64,000 nt of DNA from Tricharina praecox (Eukaryota). The stretch spans positions 806,001-870,000 of the forward strand of contig NW_026250405.1 in NCBI RefSeq assembly GCF_024521635.1, in the 5' to 3' direction. The notes under the pieces are model-generated. The model was given only the letters and a program-made list of their open reading frames with translations. It ran no database searches and was not told the DNA's origin. Position 1 is the first letter of the stretch. The number at the start of each line of letters is the position of its first letter. This document shows positions 63,288-64,000 of this stretch, piece by piece. The position numbers and the translations under genes were made by a program.

Positions 63288-64000
63288 TCACGCAAAATCC
63301 AGCACCTCGACATCCTCCTCGAAGAAGCCCTCCTCGCCTCCTCTTCCGCTGACCACATCCAGCTGGAGTCCGTCCATCATGGCGGCCTCCAGCCCATCCT
63401 CTCCCTCCCCACAGAACGTCACGTCGCCGCGGCCCCCCGCATCGCTAAGGAATATCCTTTCCGACTCCATCGGCATGCCGAATACCCACTTTTCCTTTGG
63501 CGCTTGCGGAGCTTCAAAGATGGGCACTGGCTCGTTCAGCGTCACCTCCGCGAGTGTGTCCGATGCTGGCGGGAGGGAAGTCGACTCGGAGGGCTCGAGG
63601 GAGGGATCGGGAGAAGGTGTCTTTTTCGATCCTTTCTTGCCCTTCTTCCCACGCTTCGTGGTGGTGTCGGTTTCCCAGTTGGGTGGGGTGACGGACAGCA
63701 TTGATGATGGCTGCGTTGCCGAAGGGAGGAACTTTATCCCCGGTGGACGGATCTGTTTCTGATATGTGGGGGGATCGTAGACAAACATCTTTACGCGGCG
63801 CTCTTGATGCCAGGGGATAAACGCGCTGTTCGTCTCGATCTCGGCCCAGGCCAGTGGCGTCTTCCAGAATCCTTCAGCATTGTTGTTTTCTTCATCCGTA
63901 CCGCGGCCCCAGTGCGAGCGGAACGCCCAATATCCGCCTGCCTTGCCGTCGGATGGTTCGGCAAAAGTATGCTCGGATGTGGCTGGGACGTTGGGTAGAT
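63288..64000 (-). CDS. 3' end of a probable BCAS3-domain (WD-repeat) protein; the gene continues beyond the window
   Basis: The frame is open from the window edge: PLAWAEIETNSAFIPWHQERRVKMFVY, then KWVFG and an acidic end GFFEEDVEVLDFA*, which resembles the C-termini of fungal BCAS3-like proteins. Confidence 0.6.
   Translation of the reverse strand, partial: LPNVPATSEHTFAEPSDGKAGGYWAFRSHWGRGTDEENNNAEGFWKTPLAWAEIETNSAFIPWHQERRVKMFVYDPPTYQKQIRPPGIKFLPSATQPSSMLSVTPPNWETDTTTKRGKKGKKGSKKTPSPDPSLEPSESTSLPPASDTLAEVTLNEPVPIFEAPQAPKEKWVFGMPMESERIFLSDAGGRGDVTFCGEGEDGLEAAMMDGLQLDVVSGRGGEEGFFEEDVEVLDFA

Overview
Eukaryotic, intron-containing genomic DNA from a filamentous ascomycete (GT..AG introns of about 50-125 nt with CTRAC/CTRAT branch sites; the taxon cannot be fixed from this window alone). 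About 15 protein-coding genes are supported: a secreted RNase T1/N1-family ribonuclease, RCM1/NSUN5, a BNI4-like protein, a GH5 glucan 1,3-beta-glucosidase-like protein, an orphan with AIM-like motifs, an F-box protein ending in a CaaX box, AIM29, a PHD-finger protein, a PTH11-like membrane protein, a PIF/Harbinger transposase-derived ORF, a class II (SIRT4-like) sirtuin, a DUF3237 protein, AGC1, HRD1, a small secreted Cys-rich protein, plus the 3' end of a BCAS3-like gene. Most ORFs in the supplied track are shadow or spurious ORFs. The main findings are: (1) a Harbinger transposase ORF that has lost its second catalytic Asp and carries several indels, all in-frame, with no visible TIRs or Myb partner, lying head-to-head 128 bp from the sirtuin (candidate domestication); (2) a diverged duplicate of about 340 bp, 43.8 kb apart, forming the 3' flank of both the RNase gene and this transposase ORF; (3) two hAT-type MITE families with CAGTG termini, perfect 8-bp target-site duplications and subterminal pentamers differing by one base (AGTCC vs AGCCC). 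A region of about 15 kb (9.6-24.8 kb) has no recognisable gene.
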